Positions 7,338 to 19,991 of a stretch of DNA of 64,000 nucleotides are shown here, in pieces. The stretch lies in NCBI RefSeq assembly GCF_009914755.1, contig NC_060943.1; one strand, written 5' to 3'. The notes under the pieces were generated by a model. The model searched no databases, was not told the origin of the DNA, and worked only from the letters and a program-made list of their open reading frames with translations. Made by a program: the position numbers and the translations under genes. Positions within the stretch are counted from its first letter, which is position 1; every line of letters begins with the position of its first letter. Source of the stretch: the human T2T-CHM13v2.0 reference genome, Homo sapiens.

Positions 7338-9825
7338 CCTTCTCGCTCTTTCCGTGGCCCTCTCTTTCTGTCTCTGTCCGTCTGTGTGTGCGTGCGCCTC
7401 GGGACACATGTGCCCTGTGCGCCGGAGGGTGGGTTTCTTGCACGTCGGCCTTTCTTCTGGTCAGCCTCTCCCCGCGTCTCTGCCTGGGTCGTGTGGCCGG
7501 TTGGCAGTCGTCGTCCCGGCGGTTCCAGTTTGGGGGTCTGTGAAGGCCTGGGCAACGTGGGCATCGGCGTCGGACCCGCAGGGGTTTTCATCCCCTCCCC
7601 ATCCGGAGCAGCCTCTTTGCTAGGCTGGATCCAGACGAGCGCTCCCCAACCAAGGACAACGGCCTCCCAGGCGCTCATCGTCCACCCGCAGGAGGGTGCC
7701 CGCAGAGCTTCAAGAAGGTGGTTGTCACGCCTGTCGCCCTCTGCCCTCATCGAGAAATGTAGCCACAGCTCGACGCAGGGACGGAGAAGGAAGCCGGCAA
7801 GGGGATGGGGCAAGCATGTCTGTCTCTCAAAGGCTGGCCTTCCTGGCCGAGTCACCCGTTTGACACTCCTCCCCGGATGCCGGTGGTGGTGGCATGGCCC
7901 CCCCGTATCCTGCCTGGGCTCTGGCCTCTGCTCTGACCTCCCTCTTGCTGTGTCTGCCCCGCCTCTGAGAAGCCTGGCGGCTTCTTAGTGTGGCTCAGTG
8001 TCTTCCACAAAGAAGACTTCCCCGTCCATCAGGGAGAAACCTCGTGGCGGTCCGCGTCATGATTGTTTCCCTCTCCACACCTCTTTCTGGATGATTGGGC
8101 AGCTGTGGTGATCCTGGAGCTCTGGGCTTCCATACCTGTGTGGGACAGGGAAGCTCTCTCGGTCTCCATGGCCCAAGTGATGGCTGCACGCTCGGTCCAG
8201 GAAGAGGCGGAGGCAAGCCCACCGCTCCTGACATTGGCCTTCTAGGAAAGGCGGTGTTGCATCCCACCTGCACTTCCTCTCTGATTCTTGAGGGCCAACC
8301 GCTTCCTCCGCTCCTGGGGAAAGTGCCTTCTAGCACCGAATCTTTTGGCTGCCACGGATGTCAGGGAGCCAACGGGACTGGGTTTTGGCTGGGTGCAGGG
8401 GAGGTTGCGTCAGGGGTACCTAGCCGGCGGCGGGCTGGGGGTGGGGTGTACTTTGTCCAAACCTCTCGGCTCCTCTGGCGGGCCTCCCTGAACGTGGCGT
8501 GGACTCGCGCACAGGCCCTGTCTCGCAGGTTTTCAGGTGCGCTTGGCTTTTCCTCCGCTTTGTGGGGCAGGTCTCCAGTGGCCCCCCGGGCGCACGCCTG
8601 GACATCACTGTCCGTCTCGTCGTCGCCCCCTACGGCCTCAAAGACACACGCTGCCTGCATGTGCTCTTGGGGGACGACAGTGCCACATGTGGACACGCTG
8701 GCTCCAGCTCGGACTCGCCTCTGTCTCTCTTTGCCCGTGTCGCCGGAAGCCGCCTCGGGTTGCCGGAGCCCTCGGGCCTTGGAGATGAAGGCAGGCCCCT
8801 GCTCCTGCCAGGAAGGAGGGAGGCAGTGGGCTCATGGGTCGGTGCCTTTGCAGCCGACAGCACGCCTTGCGGCCCTGGGGATCTTCCTGTGCCCCGGCGA
8901 GACCCTTTCCGCCTCACTGCATTGGAACCCCATTCCCGATCACCCGCTGGGATCCATCATCGGACCCCAAGAGGAGTCCGCGCAGCCCAGCCGGCACCCC
9001 GAAGCTCCTCCTTCAGTGGGAACCGAAGCAGAAGAGCGATCAAGGAGGTCCTCACCACAGGACTCATGGGTCCGACCATGGGTCTCCCGCAGGCCCCTCT
9101 GGCAGTCCTCTTCCCACCCGCCGCCTCGGGCTGCGCCTTCGCCGCCGCCGCCGCAACCTCCAGCACCGCCGCCCCAGGCCCCGCAGCCGCCGCGTCGCCG
9201 CCATTTTTTAAAGGGTCCGCAGCCTGACTCTGCGGAGTAAGGGGGGGTGGAGCGGGGGAGTCGGCCTCGCCAGCGCGCATGCGCGAGGCCCGAGCCGCCG
9301 CTTGGGTCACAGTGAAAGCCACCGTTGCCCGGGGATGGGTCCCTGACACTTGGGGAAGTAGGAGCCCTGTGTGATCGTGCGTCTGAGTCTGGGCTGAGAC
9401 CAGTCCTGGCCAGGGCAGTTACCAGGACGGTCTCCGGAGGCCGGGATTCGCGGAGGGTCCAGCAGCAGGAAGAAACCCCAGGAGGAAGAAACCTCAGACA
9501 GATCGCCGGCGAGGCAGCGCGGGATCCCAGCCTCAGGCGTGCGCGGACGGTGTGCGGGTGAGTCTCCCCAAAAGTGGAGCCCTTGTGATGACGAGCACAG
9601 GTCCGCCTGCGTGCCCGTGGGCTGCTCTCTCACCGGTGGCTCTCAGTCGCGGAGAGCAGAACCCGGCAGCTTCAGGGGCTGCCTGCGGGAGGGTGTTCCC
9701 TGCTGTACGTGTGTGTTCGTCATGGGTGTGTGTGTGTGTGTGTTGGGGGGGGTGCGTCTGTGTGTGTGTCTGTGTGTGTGCGCGCGCAGTGCCTGTCTGT
9801 GTGCCGACTTCTGTCTCTCTCTCAC

Positions 9826-9868
<43 letters not shown>

Positions 9869-12355
9869 CCTTCTCGCTCTTTCCGTGGCCCTCTCTTTCT
9901 GTCTCTGTCCGTCTGTGTGTGCGTGCGCCTCGGGACACATGTGCCCTGTGCGCCGGAGGGTGGGTTTCTTGCACGTCGGCCTTTCTTCTGGTCAGCCTCT
10001 CCCCGCGTCTCTGCCTGGGTCGTGTGGCCGGTTGGCAGTCGTCGTCCCGGCGGTTCCAGTTTGGGGGTCTGTGAAGGCCTGGGCAACGTGGGCATCGGCG
10101 TCGGACCCGCAGGGGTTTTCATCCCCTCCCCATCCGGAGCAGCCTCTTTGCTAGGCTGGATCCAGACGAGCGCTCCCCAACCAAGGACAACGGCCTCCCA
10201 GGCGCTCATCGTCCACCCGCAGGAGGGTGCCCGCAGAGCTTCAAGAAGGTGGTTGTCACGCCTGTCGCCCTCTGCCCTCATCGAGAAATGTAGCCACAGC
10301 TCGACGCAGGGACGGAGAAGGAAGCCGGCAAGGGGATGGGGCAAGCATGTCTGTCTCTCAAAGGCTGGCCTTCCTGGCCGAGTCACCCGTTTGACACTCC
10401 TCCCCGGATGCCGGTGGTGGTGGCATGGCCCCCCCGTATCCTGCCTGGGCTCTGGCCTCTGCTCTGACCTCCCTCTTGCTGTGTCTGCCCCGTCTCTGAG
10501 AAGCCTGGCGGCTTCTTAGTGTGGCTCAGTGTCTTCCACAAAGAAGACTTCCCCGTCCATCAGGGAGAAACCTCGTGGCGGTCCGCGTCATGATTGTTTC
10601 CCTCTCCACACCTCTTTCTGGATGATTGGGCAGCTGTGGTGATCCTGGAGCTCTGGGCTTCCATACCTGTGTGGGACAGGGAAGCTCTCTCGGTCTCCAT
10701 GGCCCAAGTGATGGCTGCACGCTCGGTCCAGGAAGAGGCGGAGGCAAGCCCACCGCTCCTGACATTGGCCTTCTAGGAAAGGCGGTGTTGCATCCCACCT
10801 GCACTTCCTCTCTGATTCTTGAGGGCCAACCGCTTCCTCCGCTCCTGGGGAAAGTGCCTTCTAGCACCGAATCTTTTGGCTGCCACGGATGTCAGGGAGC
10901 CAACGGGACTGGGTTTTGGCTGGGTGCAGGGGAGGTTGCGTCAGGGGTACCTAGCCGGCGGCGGGCTGGGGGTGGGGTGTACTTTGTCCAAACCTCTCGG
11001 CTCCTCTGGCGGGCCTCCCTGAACGTGGCGTGGACTCGCGCACAGGCCCTGTCTCGCAGGTTTTCAGGTGCGCTTGGCTTTTCCTCCGCTTTGTGGGGCA
11101 GGTCTCCAGTGGCCCCCCGGGCGCACGCCTGGACATCACTGTCCGTCTCGTCGTCGCCCCCTACGGCCTCAAAGACACACGCTGCCTGCATGTGCTCTTG
11201 GGGGACGACAGTGCCACATGTGGACACACTGGCTCCAGCTCGGACTCGCCTCTGTCTCTCTTTGCCCGTGTCGCCGGAAGCCGCCTCGGGTTGCCGGAGC
11301 CCTCGGGCCTTGGAGATGAAGGCAGGCCCCTGCTCCTGCCAGGAAGGAGGGAGGCAGTGGGCTCATGGGTCGGTGCCTTTGCAGCCGACAGCACGCCTTG
11401 CGGCCCTGGGGATCTTCCTGTGCCCCGGCGAGACCCTTTCCGCCTCACTGCATTGGAACCCCATTCCCGATCACCCGCTGGGATCCATCATCGGACCCCA
11501 AGAGGAGTCCGCGCAGCCCAGCCGGCACCCCGAAGCTCCTCCTTCAGTGGGAACCGAAGCAGAAGAGCGATCAAGGAGGTCCTCACCACAGGACTCATGG
11601 GTCCGACCCTGGGTCTCCCGCAGGCCCCTCTGGCAGTCCTCTCCCCACCCGCCGCCTCGGGCTGCGCCTTCGCCGCCGCCGCCGCAACCTCCAGCACCGC
11701 CGCCCCAGGCCCCGCAGCCGCCGCGTCGCCGCCATTTTTTAAAGGGTCCGCAGCCTGACTCTGCGGAGTAAGGGGGGGTGGAGCGGGGGAGTCGGCCTCG
11801 CCAGCGCGCATGCGCGAGGCCCGAGCCGCCGCTTGGGTCACAGTGAAAGCCACCGTTGCCCGGGGATGGGTCCCTGACACTTGGGGAAGTAGGAGCCCTG
11901 TGTGATCGTACGTCTGAGTCTGGGCTGAGACCAGTCCTGGCCAGGGCAGTTACCAGGACGGTCTCCGGAGGCCGGGATTCGCGGAGGGTCCAGCAGCAGG
12001 AAGAAACCCCAGGAGGAAGAAACCTCAGACAGATCGCCGGCGAGGCAGCGCGGGATCCCAGCCTCAGGCGTGCGCGGACGGTGTGCGGGTGAGTCTCCCC
12101 AAAAGTGGAGCCCTTGTGATGACGAGCACAGGTCCGCCTGCGTGCCCGTGGGCTGCTCTCTCACCGGTGGCTCTCAGTCGCGGAGAGCAGAACCCGGCAG
12201 CTTCAGGGGCTGCCTGCGGGAGGGTGTTCCCTGCTGTACGTGTGTGTTCGTCATGGGTGTGTGTGTGTGTGTGTTGGGGGGGTGCGTCTGTGTGTGTGTC
12301 TGTGTGTGTGCGCGCGCAGTGCCTGTCTGTGTGCCGACTTCTGTCTCTCTCTCAC

Positions 12356-12392
<37 letters not shown>

Positions 12393-14878
12393 CCTTCTCG
12401 CTCTTTCCGTGGCCCTCTCTTTCTGTCTCTGTCCGTCTGTGTGCGTGCGCCTCGGGACACATGTGCCCTGTGCGCCGGAGGGTGGGTTTCTTGCACGTCG
12501 GCCTTTCTTCTGGTCAGCCTCTCCCCGCGTCTCTGCCTGGGTCGTGTGGCCGGTTGGCAGTCGTCGTCCCGGCGGTTCCAGTTTGGGGGTCTGTGAAGGC
12601 CTGGGCAACGTGGGCATCGGCGTCGGACCCGCAGGGGTTTTCATCCCCTCCCCATCCGGAGCAGCCTCTTTGCTAGGCTGGATCCAGACGAGCGCTCCCC
12701 AACCAAGGACAACGGCCTCCCAGGCGCTCATCGTCCACCCGCAGGAGGGTGCCCGCAGAGCTTCAAGAAGGTGGTTGTCACGCCTGTCGCCCTCTGCCCT
12801 CATCGAGAAATGTAGCCACAGCTCGACGCAGGGACGGAGAAGGAAGCCGGCAAGGGGATGGGGCAAGCATGTCTGTCTCTCAAAGGCTGGCCTTCCTGGC
12901 CGAGTCACCCGTTTGACACTCCTCCCCGGATGCCGGTGGTGGTGGCATGGCCCCCCCGTATCCTGCCTGGGCTCTGGCCTCTGCTCTGACCTCCCTCTTG
13001 CTGTGTCTGCCCCGTCTCTGAGAAGCCTGGCGGCTTCTTAGTGTGGCTCAGTGTCTTCCACAAAGAAGACTTCCCCGTCCATCAGGGAGAAACCTCGTGG
13101 CGGTCCGCGTCATGATTGTTTCCCTCTCCACACCTCTTTCTGGATGATTGGGCAGCTGTGGTGATCCTGGAGCTCTGGGCTTCCATACCTGTGTGGGACA
13201 GGGAAGCTCTCTCGGTCTCCATGGCCCAAGTGATGGCTGCACGCTCGGTCCAGGAAGAGGCGGAGGCAAGCCCACCGCTCCTGACATTGGCCTTCTAGGA
13301 AAGGCGGTGTTGCATCCCACCTGCACTTCCTCTCTGATTCTTGAGGGCCAACCGCTTCCTCCGCTCCTGGGGAAAGTGCCTTCTAGCACCGAATCTTTTG
13401 GCTGCCACGGATGTCAGGGAGCCAACGGGACTGGGTTTTGGCTGGGTGCAGGGGAGGTTGCGTCAGGGGTACCTAGCCGGCGGCGGGCTGGGGGTGGGGT
13501 GTACTTTGTCCAAACCTCTCGGCTCCTCTGGCGGGCCTCCCTGAACGTGGCGTGGACTCGCGCACAGGCCCTGTCTCGCAGGTTTTCAGGTGCGCTTGGC
13601 TTTTCCTCCGCTTTGTGGGGCAGGTCTCCAGTGGCCCCCCGGGCGCACGCCTGGACATCACTGTCCGTCTCGTCGTCGCCCCCTACGGCCTCAAAGACAC
13701 ACGCTGCCTGCATGTGCTCTTGGGGGACGACAGTGCCACATGTGGACACACTGGCTCCAGCTCGGACTCGCCTCTGTCTCTCTTTGCCCGTGTCGCCGGA
13801 AGCCGCCTCGGGTTGCCGGAGCCCTCGGGCCTTGGAGATGAAGGCAGGCCCCTGCTCCTGCCAGGAAGGAGGGAGGCAGTGGGCTCATGGGTCGGTGCCT
13901 TTGCAGCCGACAGCACGCCTTGCGGCCCTGGGGATCTTCCTGTGCCCCGGCGAGACCCTTTCCGCCTCACTGCATTGGAACCCCATTCCCGATCACCCGC
14001 TGGGATCCATCATCGGACCCCAAGAGGAGTCCGCGCAGCCCAGCCGGCACCCCGAAGCTCCTCCTTCAGTGGGAACCGAAGCAGAAGAGCGATCAAGGAG
14101 GTCCTCACCACAGGACTCATGGGTCCGACCATGGGTCTCCCGCAGGCCCCTCTGGCAGTCCTCTCCCCACCCGCCGCCTCGGGCTGCGCCTTCGCCGCCG
14201 CCGCCGCAACCTCCAGCACCGCCGCCCCAGGCCCCGCAGCCGCCGCGTCGCCGCCATTTTTTAAAGGGTCCGCAGCCTGACTCTGCGGAGTAAGGGGGGG
14301 TGGAGCGGGGGAGTCGGCCTCGCCAGCGCGCATGCGCGAGGCCCGAGCCGCCGCTTGGGTCACAGTGAAAGCCACCGTTGCCCGGGGATGGGTCCCTGAC
14401 ACTTGGGGAAGTAGGAGCCCTGTGTGATCGTGCGTCTGAGTCTGGGCTGAGACCAGTCCTGGCCAGGGCAGTTACCAGGACGGTCTCCGGAGGCCGGGAT
14501 TCGCGGAGGGTCCAGCAGCAGGAAGAAACCCCAGGAGGAAGAAACCTCAGACAGATCGCCGGCGAGGCAGCGCGGGATCCCAGCCTCAGGCGTGCGCGGA
14601 CGGTGTGCGGGTGAGTCTCCCCAAAAGTGGAGCCCTTGTGATGACGAGCACAGGTCCGCCTGCGTGCCCGTGGGCTGCTCTCTCACCGGTGGCTCTCAGT
14701 CGCGGAGAGCAGAACCCGGCAGCTTCAGGGGCTGCCTGCGGGAGGGTGTTCCCTGCTGTACGTGTGTGTTCGTCATGGGTGTGTGTGTGTGTGTGTTGGG
14801 GGGGGTGCGTCTGTGTGTGTGTCTGTGTGTGTGCGCGCGCAGTGCCTGTCTGTGTGCCGACTTCTGTCTCTCTCTCAC

Positions 14879-14917
<39 letters not shown>

Positions 14918-17407
14918 CCTTCTCGCTCTTTCCGTGGCCCTCTCTTTCTGTCTCTGTCCGTCTGTGTGTGCGTGCGCCTCGGGACACATGTGCCCTGTGC
15001 GCCGGAGGGTGGGTTTCTTGCACGTCGGCCTTTCTTCTGGTCAGCCTCTCCCCGCGTCTCTGCCTGGGTCGTGTGGCCGGTTGGCAGTCGTCGTCCCGGT
15101 GGTTCCAGTTTGGGGGTCTGTGAAGGCCTGGGCAACGTGGGCATCGGCGTCGGACCCGCAGGGGTTTTCATCCCCTCCCCATCCGGAGCAGCCTCTTTGC
15201 TAGGCTGGATCCAGACGAGCGCTCCCCAACCAAGGACAACGGCCTCCCAGGCGCTCATCGTCCACCCGCAGGAGGGTGCCCGCAGAGCTTCAAGAAGGTG
15301 GTTGTCACGCCTGTCGCCCTCTGCCCTCATCGAGAAATGTAGCCACAGCTCGACGCAGGGACGGAGAAGGAAGCCGGCAAGGGGATGGGGCAAGCATGTC
15401 TGTCTCTCAAAGGCTGGCCTTCCTGGCCGAGTCACCCGTTTGACACTCCTCCCCGGATGCCGGTGGTGGTGGCATGGCCCCCCCGTATCCTGCCTGGGCT
15501 CTGGCCTCTGCTCTGACCTCCCTCTTGCTGTGTCTGCCCCGCCTCTGAGAAGCCTGGCGGCTTCTTAGTGTGGCTCAGTGTCTTCCACAAAGAAGACTTC
15601 CCCGTCCATCAGGGAGAAACCTCGTGGCGGTCCGCGTCATGATTGTTTCCCTCTCCACACCTCTTTCTGGATGATTGGGCAGCTGTGGTGATCCTGGAGC
15701 TCTGGGCTTCCATACCTGTGTGGGACAGGGAAGCTCTCTCGGTCTCCATGGCCCAAGTGATGGCTGCACGCTCGGTCCAGGAAGAGGCGGAGGCAAGCCC
15801 ACCGCTCCTGACATTGGCCTTCTAGGAAAGGCGGTGTTGCATCCCACCTGCACTTCCTCTCTGATTCTTGAGGGCCAACCGCTTCCTCCGCTCCTGGGGA
15901 AAGTGCCTTCTAGCACCGAATGTTTTGGCTGCCACGGATGTCAGGGAGCCAACGGGACTGGGTTTTGGCTGGGTGCAGGGGAGGTTGCGTCAGGGGTACC
16001 TAGCCGGCGGCGGGCTGGGGGTGGGTTGTACTTTGTCCAAACCTCTCGGCTCCTCTGGCGGGCCTCCCTGAACGTGGCGTGGACTCGCGCACAGGCCCTG
16101 TCTCGCAGGTTTTCAGGTGCGCTTGGCTTTTCCTCCGCTTTGTGGGGCAGGTCTCCAGTGGCCCCCCGGGCGCACGCCTGGACATCACTGTCCGTCTCGT
16201 CGTCGCCCCCTACGGCCTCAAAGACACACGCTGCCTGCATGTGCTCTTGGGGGACGACAGTGCCACATGTGGACACACTGGCTCCAGCTCGGACTCGCCT
16301 CTGTCTCTCTTTGCCCGTGTCGCCGGAAGCCGCCTCGGGTTGCCGGAGCCCTCGGGCCTTGGAGATGAAGGCAGGCCCCTGCTCCTGCCAGGAAGGAGGG
16401 AGGCAGTGGGCTCATGGGTCGGTGCCTTTGCAGCCGACAGCACGCCTTGCGGCCCTGGGGATCTTCCTGTGCCCCGGCGAGACCCTTTCCGCCTCACTGC
16501 ATTGGAACCCCATTCCCGATCACCCGCTGGGATCCATCATCGGACCCCAAGAGGAGTCCGCGCAGCCCAGCCGGCACCCCGAAGCTCCTCCTTCAGTGGG
16601 AACCGAAGCAGAAGAGCGATCAAGGAGGTCCTCACCACAGGACTCCTATGGGTCCGACCCTGGGTCTCCCGCAGGCCCCTCTGGCAGTCCTCTTCCCACC
16701 CGCCGCCTCGGGCTGCGCCTTCGCCGCCGCCGCCGCAACCTCCAGCACCGCCGCCCCAGGCCCCGCAGCCGCCGCGTCGCCGCCATTTTTTAAAGGGTCC
16801 GCAGCCTGACTCTGCGGAGTAAGGGGGGGTGGAGCGGGGGAGTCGGCCTCGCCAGCGCGCATGCGCGAGGCCCGAGCCGCCGCTTGGGTCACAGTGAAAG
16901 CCACCGTTGCCCGGGGATGGGTCCCTGACACTTGGGGAAGTAGGAGCCCTGTGTGATCGTGCGTCTGAGTCTGGGCTGAGACCAGTCCTGGCCAGGGCAG
17001 TTACCAGGACGGTCTCCGGAGGCCGGGATTCGCGGAGGGTCCAGCAGCAGGAAGAAACCCCAGGAGGAAGAAACCTCAGACAGATCGCCGGCGAGGCAGC
17101 GCGGGATCCCAGCCTCAGGCGTGCGCGGACGGTGTGCGGGTGAGTCTCCCCAAAAGTGGAGCCCTTGTGATGACGAGCACAGGTCCGCCTGCGTGCCCGT
17201 GGGCTGCTCTCTCACCGGTGGCTCTCAGTCGCGGAGAGCAGAACCCGGCAGCTTCAGGGGCTGCCTGCGGGAGGGTGTTCCCTGCTGTACGTGTGTGTTC
17301 GTCATGGGTGTGTGTGTGTGTGTGTTGGGGGGGGTGCGTCTGTGTGTGTGTCTGTGTGTGTGCGCGCGCAGTGCCTGTCTGTGTGCCGACTTCTGTCTCT
17401 CTCTCAC

Positions 17408-17450
<43 letters not shown>

Positions 17451-19940
17451 CCTTCTCGCTCTTTCCGTGGCCCTCTCTTTCTGTCTCTGTCCGTCTGTGT
17501 GTGCGTGCGCCTCGGGACACATGTGCCCTGTGCGCCGGAGGGTGGGTTTCTTGCACGTCGGCCTTTCTTCTGGTCAGCCTCTCCCCGCGTCTCTGCCTGG
17601 GTCGTGTGGCCGGTTGGCAGTCGTCGTCCCGGCGGTTCCAGTTTGGGGGTCTGTGAAGGCCTGGGCAACGTGGGCATCGGCGTCGGACCCGCAGGGGTTT
17701 TCATCCCCTCCCCATCCGGAGCAGCCTCTTTGCTAGGCTGGATCCAGACGAGCGCTCCCCAACCAAGGACAACGGCCTCCCAGGCGCTCATCGTCCACCC
17801 GCAGGAGGGTGCCCGCAGAGCTTCAAGAAGGTGGTTGTCACGCCTGTCGCCCTCTGCCCTCATCGAGAAATGTAGCCACAGCTCGACGCAGGGACGGAGA
17901 AGGAAGCCGGCAAGGGGATGGGGCAAGCATGTCTGTCTCTCAAAGGCTGGCCTTCCTGGCCGAGTCACCCGTTTGACACTCCTCCCCGGATGCCGGTGGT
18001 GGTGGCATGGCCCCCCCGTATCCTGCCTGGGCTCTGGCCTCTGCTCTGACCTCCCTCTTGCTGTGTCTGCCCCGTCTCTGAGAAGCCTGGCGGCTTCTTA
18101 TTGTGGCTCAGTGTCTTCCACAAAGAAGACTTCCCCGTCCATCAGGGAGAAACCTCGTGGCGGTCCGCGTCATGATTGTTTCCCTCTCCACACCTCTTTC
18201 TGGATGATTGGGCAGCTGTGGTGATCCTGGAGCTCTGGGCTTCCATACCTGTGTGGGACAGGGAAGCTCTCTCGGTCTCCATGGCCCAAGTGATGGCTGC
18301 ACGCTCGGTCCAGGAAGAGGCGGAGGCAAGCCCACCGCTCCTGACATTGGCCTTCTAGGAAAGGCGGTGTTGCATCCCACCTGCACTTCCTCTCTGATTC
18401 TTGAGGGCCAACCGCTTCCTCCGCTCCTGGGGAAAGTGCCTTCTAGCACCGAATCTTTTGGCTGCCACGGATGTCAGGGAGCCAACGGGACTGGGTTTTG
18501 GCTGGGTGCAGGGGAGGTTGCGTCAGGGGTACCTAGCCGGCGGCGGGCTGGGGGTGGGGTGTACTTTGTCCAAACCTCTCGGCTCCTCTGGCGGGCCTCC
18601 CTGAACGTGGCGTGGACTCGCGCACAGGCCCTGTCTCGCAGGTTTTCAGGTGCGCTTGGCTTTTCCTCCGCTTTGTGGGGCAGGTCTCCAGTGGCCCCCC
18701 GGGCGCACGCCTGGACATCACTGTCCGTCTCGTCGTCGCCCCCTACGGCCTCAAAGACACACGCTGCCTGCATGTGCTCTTGGGGGACGACAGTGCCACA
18801 TGTGGACACGCTGGCTCCAGCTCGGACTCGCCTCTGTCTCTCTTTGCCCGTGTCGCCGGAAGCCGCCTCGGGTTGCCGGAGCCCTCGGGCCTTGGAGATG
18901 AAGGCAGGCCCCTGCTCCTGCCAGGAAGGAGGGAGGCAGTGGGCTCATGGGTCGGTGCCTTTGCAGCCGACAGCACGCCTTGCGGCCCTGGGGATCTTCC
19001 TGTGCCCCGGCGAGACCCTTTCCGCCTCACTGCATTGGAACCCCATTCCCGATCACCCGCTGGGATCCATCATCGGACCCCAAGAGGAGTCCGCGCAGCC
19101 CAGCCGGCACCCCGAAGCTCCTCCTTCAGTGGGAACCGAAGCAGAAGAGCGATCAAGGAGGTCCTCACCACAGGACTCCTATGGGTCCGACCCTGGGTCT
19201 CCCGCAGGCCCCTCTGGCAGTCCTCTTCCCACCCGCCGCCTCGGGCTGCGCCTTCGCCGCCGCCGCCGCAACCTCCAGCACCGCCGCCCCAGGCCCCGCA
19301 GCCGCCGCGTCGCCGCCATTTTTTAAAGGGTCCGCAGCCTGACTCTGCGGAGTAAGGGGGGGTGGAGCGGGGGAGTCGGCCTCGCCAGCGCGCATGCGCG
19401 AGGCCCGAGCCGCCGCTTGGGTCACAGTGAAAGCCACCGTTGCCCGGGGATGGGTCCCTGACACTTGGGGAAGTAGGAGCCCTGTGTGATCGTGCGTCTG
19501 AGTCTGGGCTGAGACCAGTCCTGGCCAGGGCAGTTACCAGGACGGTCTCCGGAGGCCGGGATTCGCGGAGGGTCCAGCAGCAGGAAGAAACCCCAGGAGG
19601 AAGAAACCTCAGACAGATCGCCGGCGAGGCAGCGCGGGATCCCAGCCTCAGGCGTGCGCGGACGGTGTGCGGGTGAGTCTCCCCAAAAGTGGAGCCCTTG
19701 TGATGACGAGCACAGGTCCGCCTGCGTGCCCGTGGGCTGCTCTCTCACCGGTGGCTCTCAGTCGCGGAGAGCAGAACCCGGCAGCTTCAGGGGCTGCCTG
19801 CGGGAGGGTGTTCCCTGCTGTACGTGTGTGTTCGTCATGGGTGTGTGTGTGTGTGTGTTGGGGGGGGTGCGTCTGTGTGTGTGTCTGTGTGTGTGCGCGC
19901 GCAGTGCCTGTCTGTGTGCCGACTTCTGTCTCTCTCTCAC

Positions 19941-19991
<51 letters not shown>

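Larger units (their letters stand above)
1..15160. repeat. Higher-order repeat A: two copies of a 3-monomer, 7580-bp block
   Basis: Monomer lengths 2531/2522/2527 and the SNP haplotypes repeat at an offset of exactly 7580. Confidence 0.93.

Noticed and set aside
18099-18101. TAG>TAT read-through creating a 367-aa ORF (17121-18224)
   Set aside because: It is a private SNP in one copy of an ORF already judged spurious.
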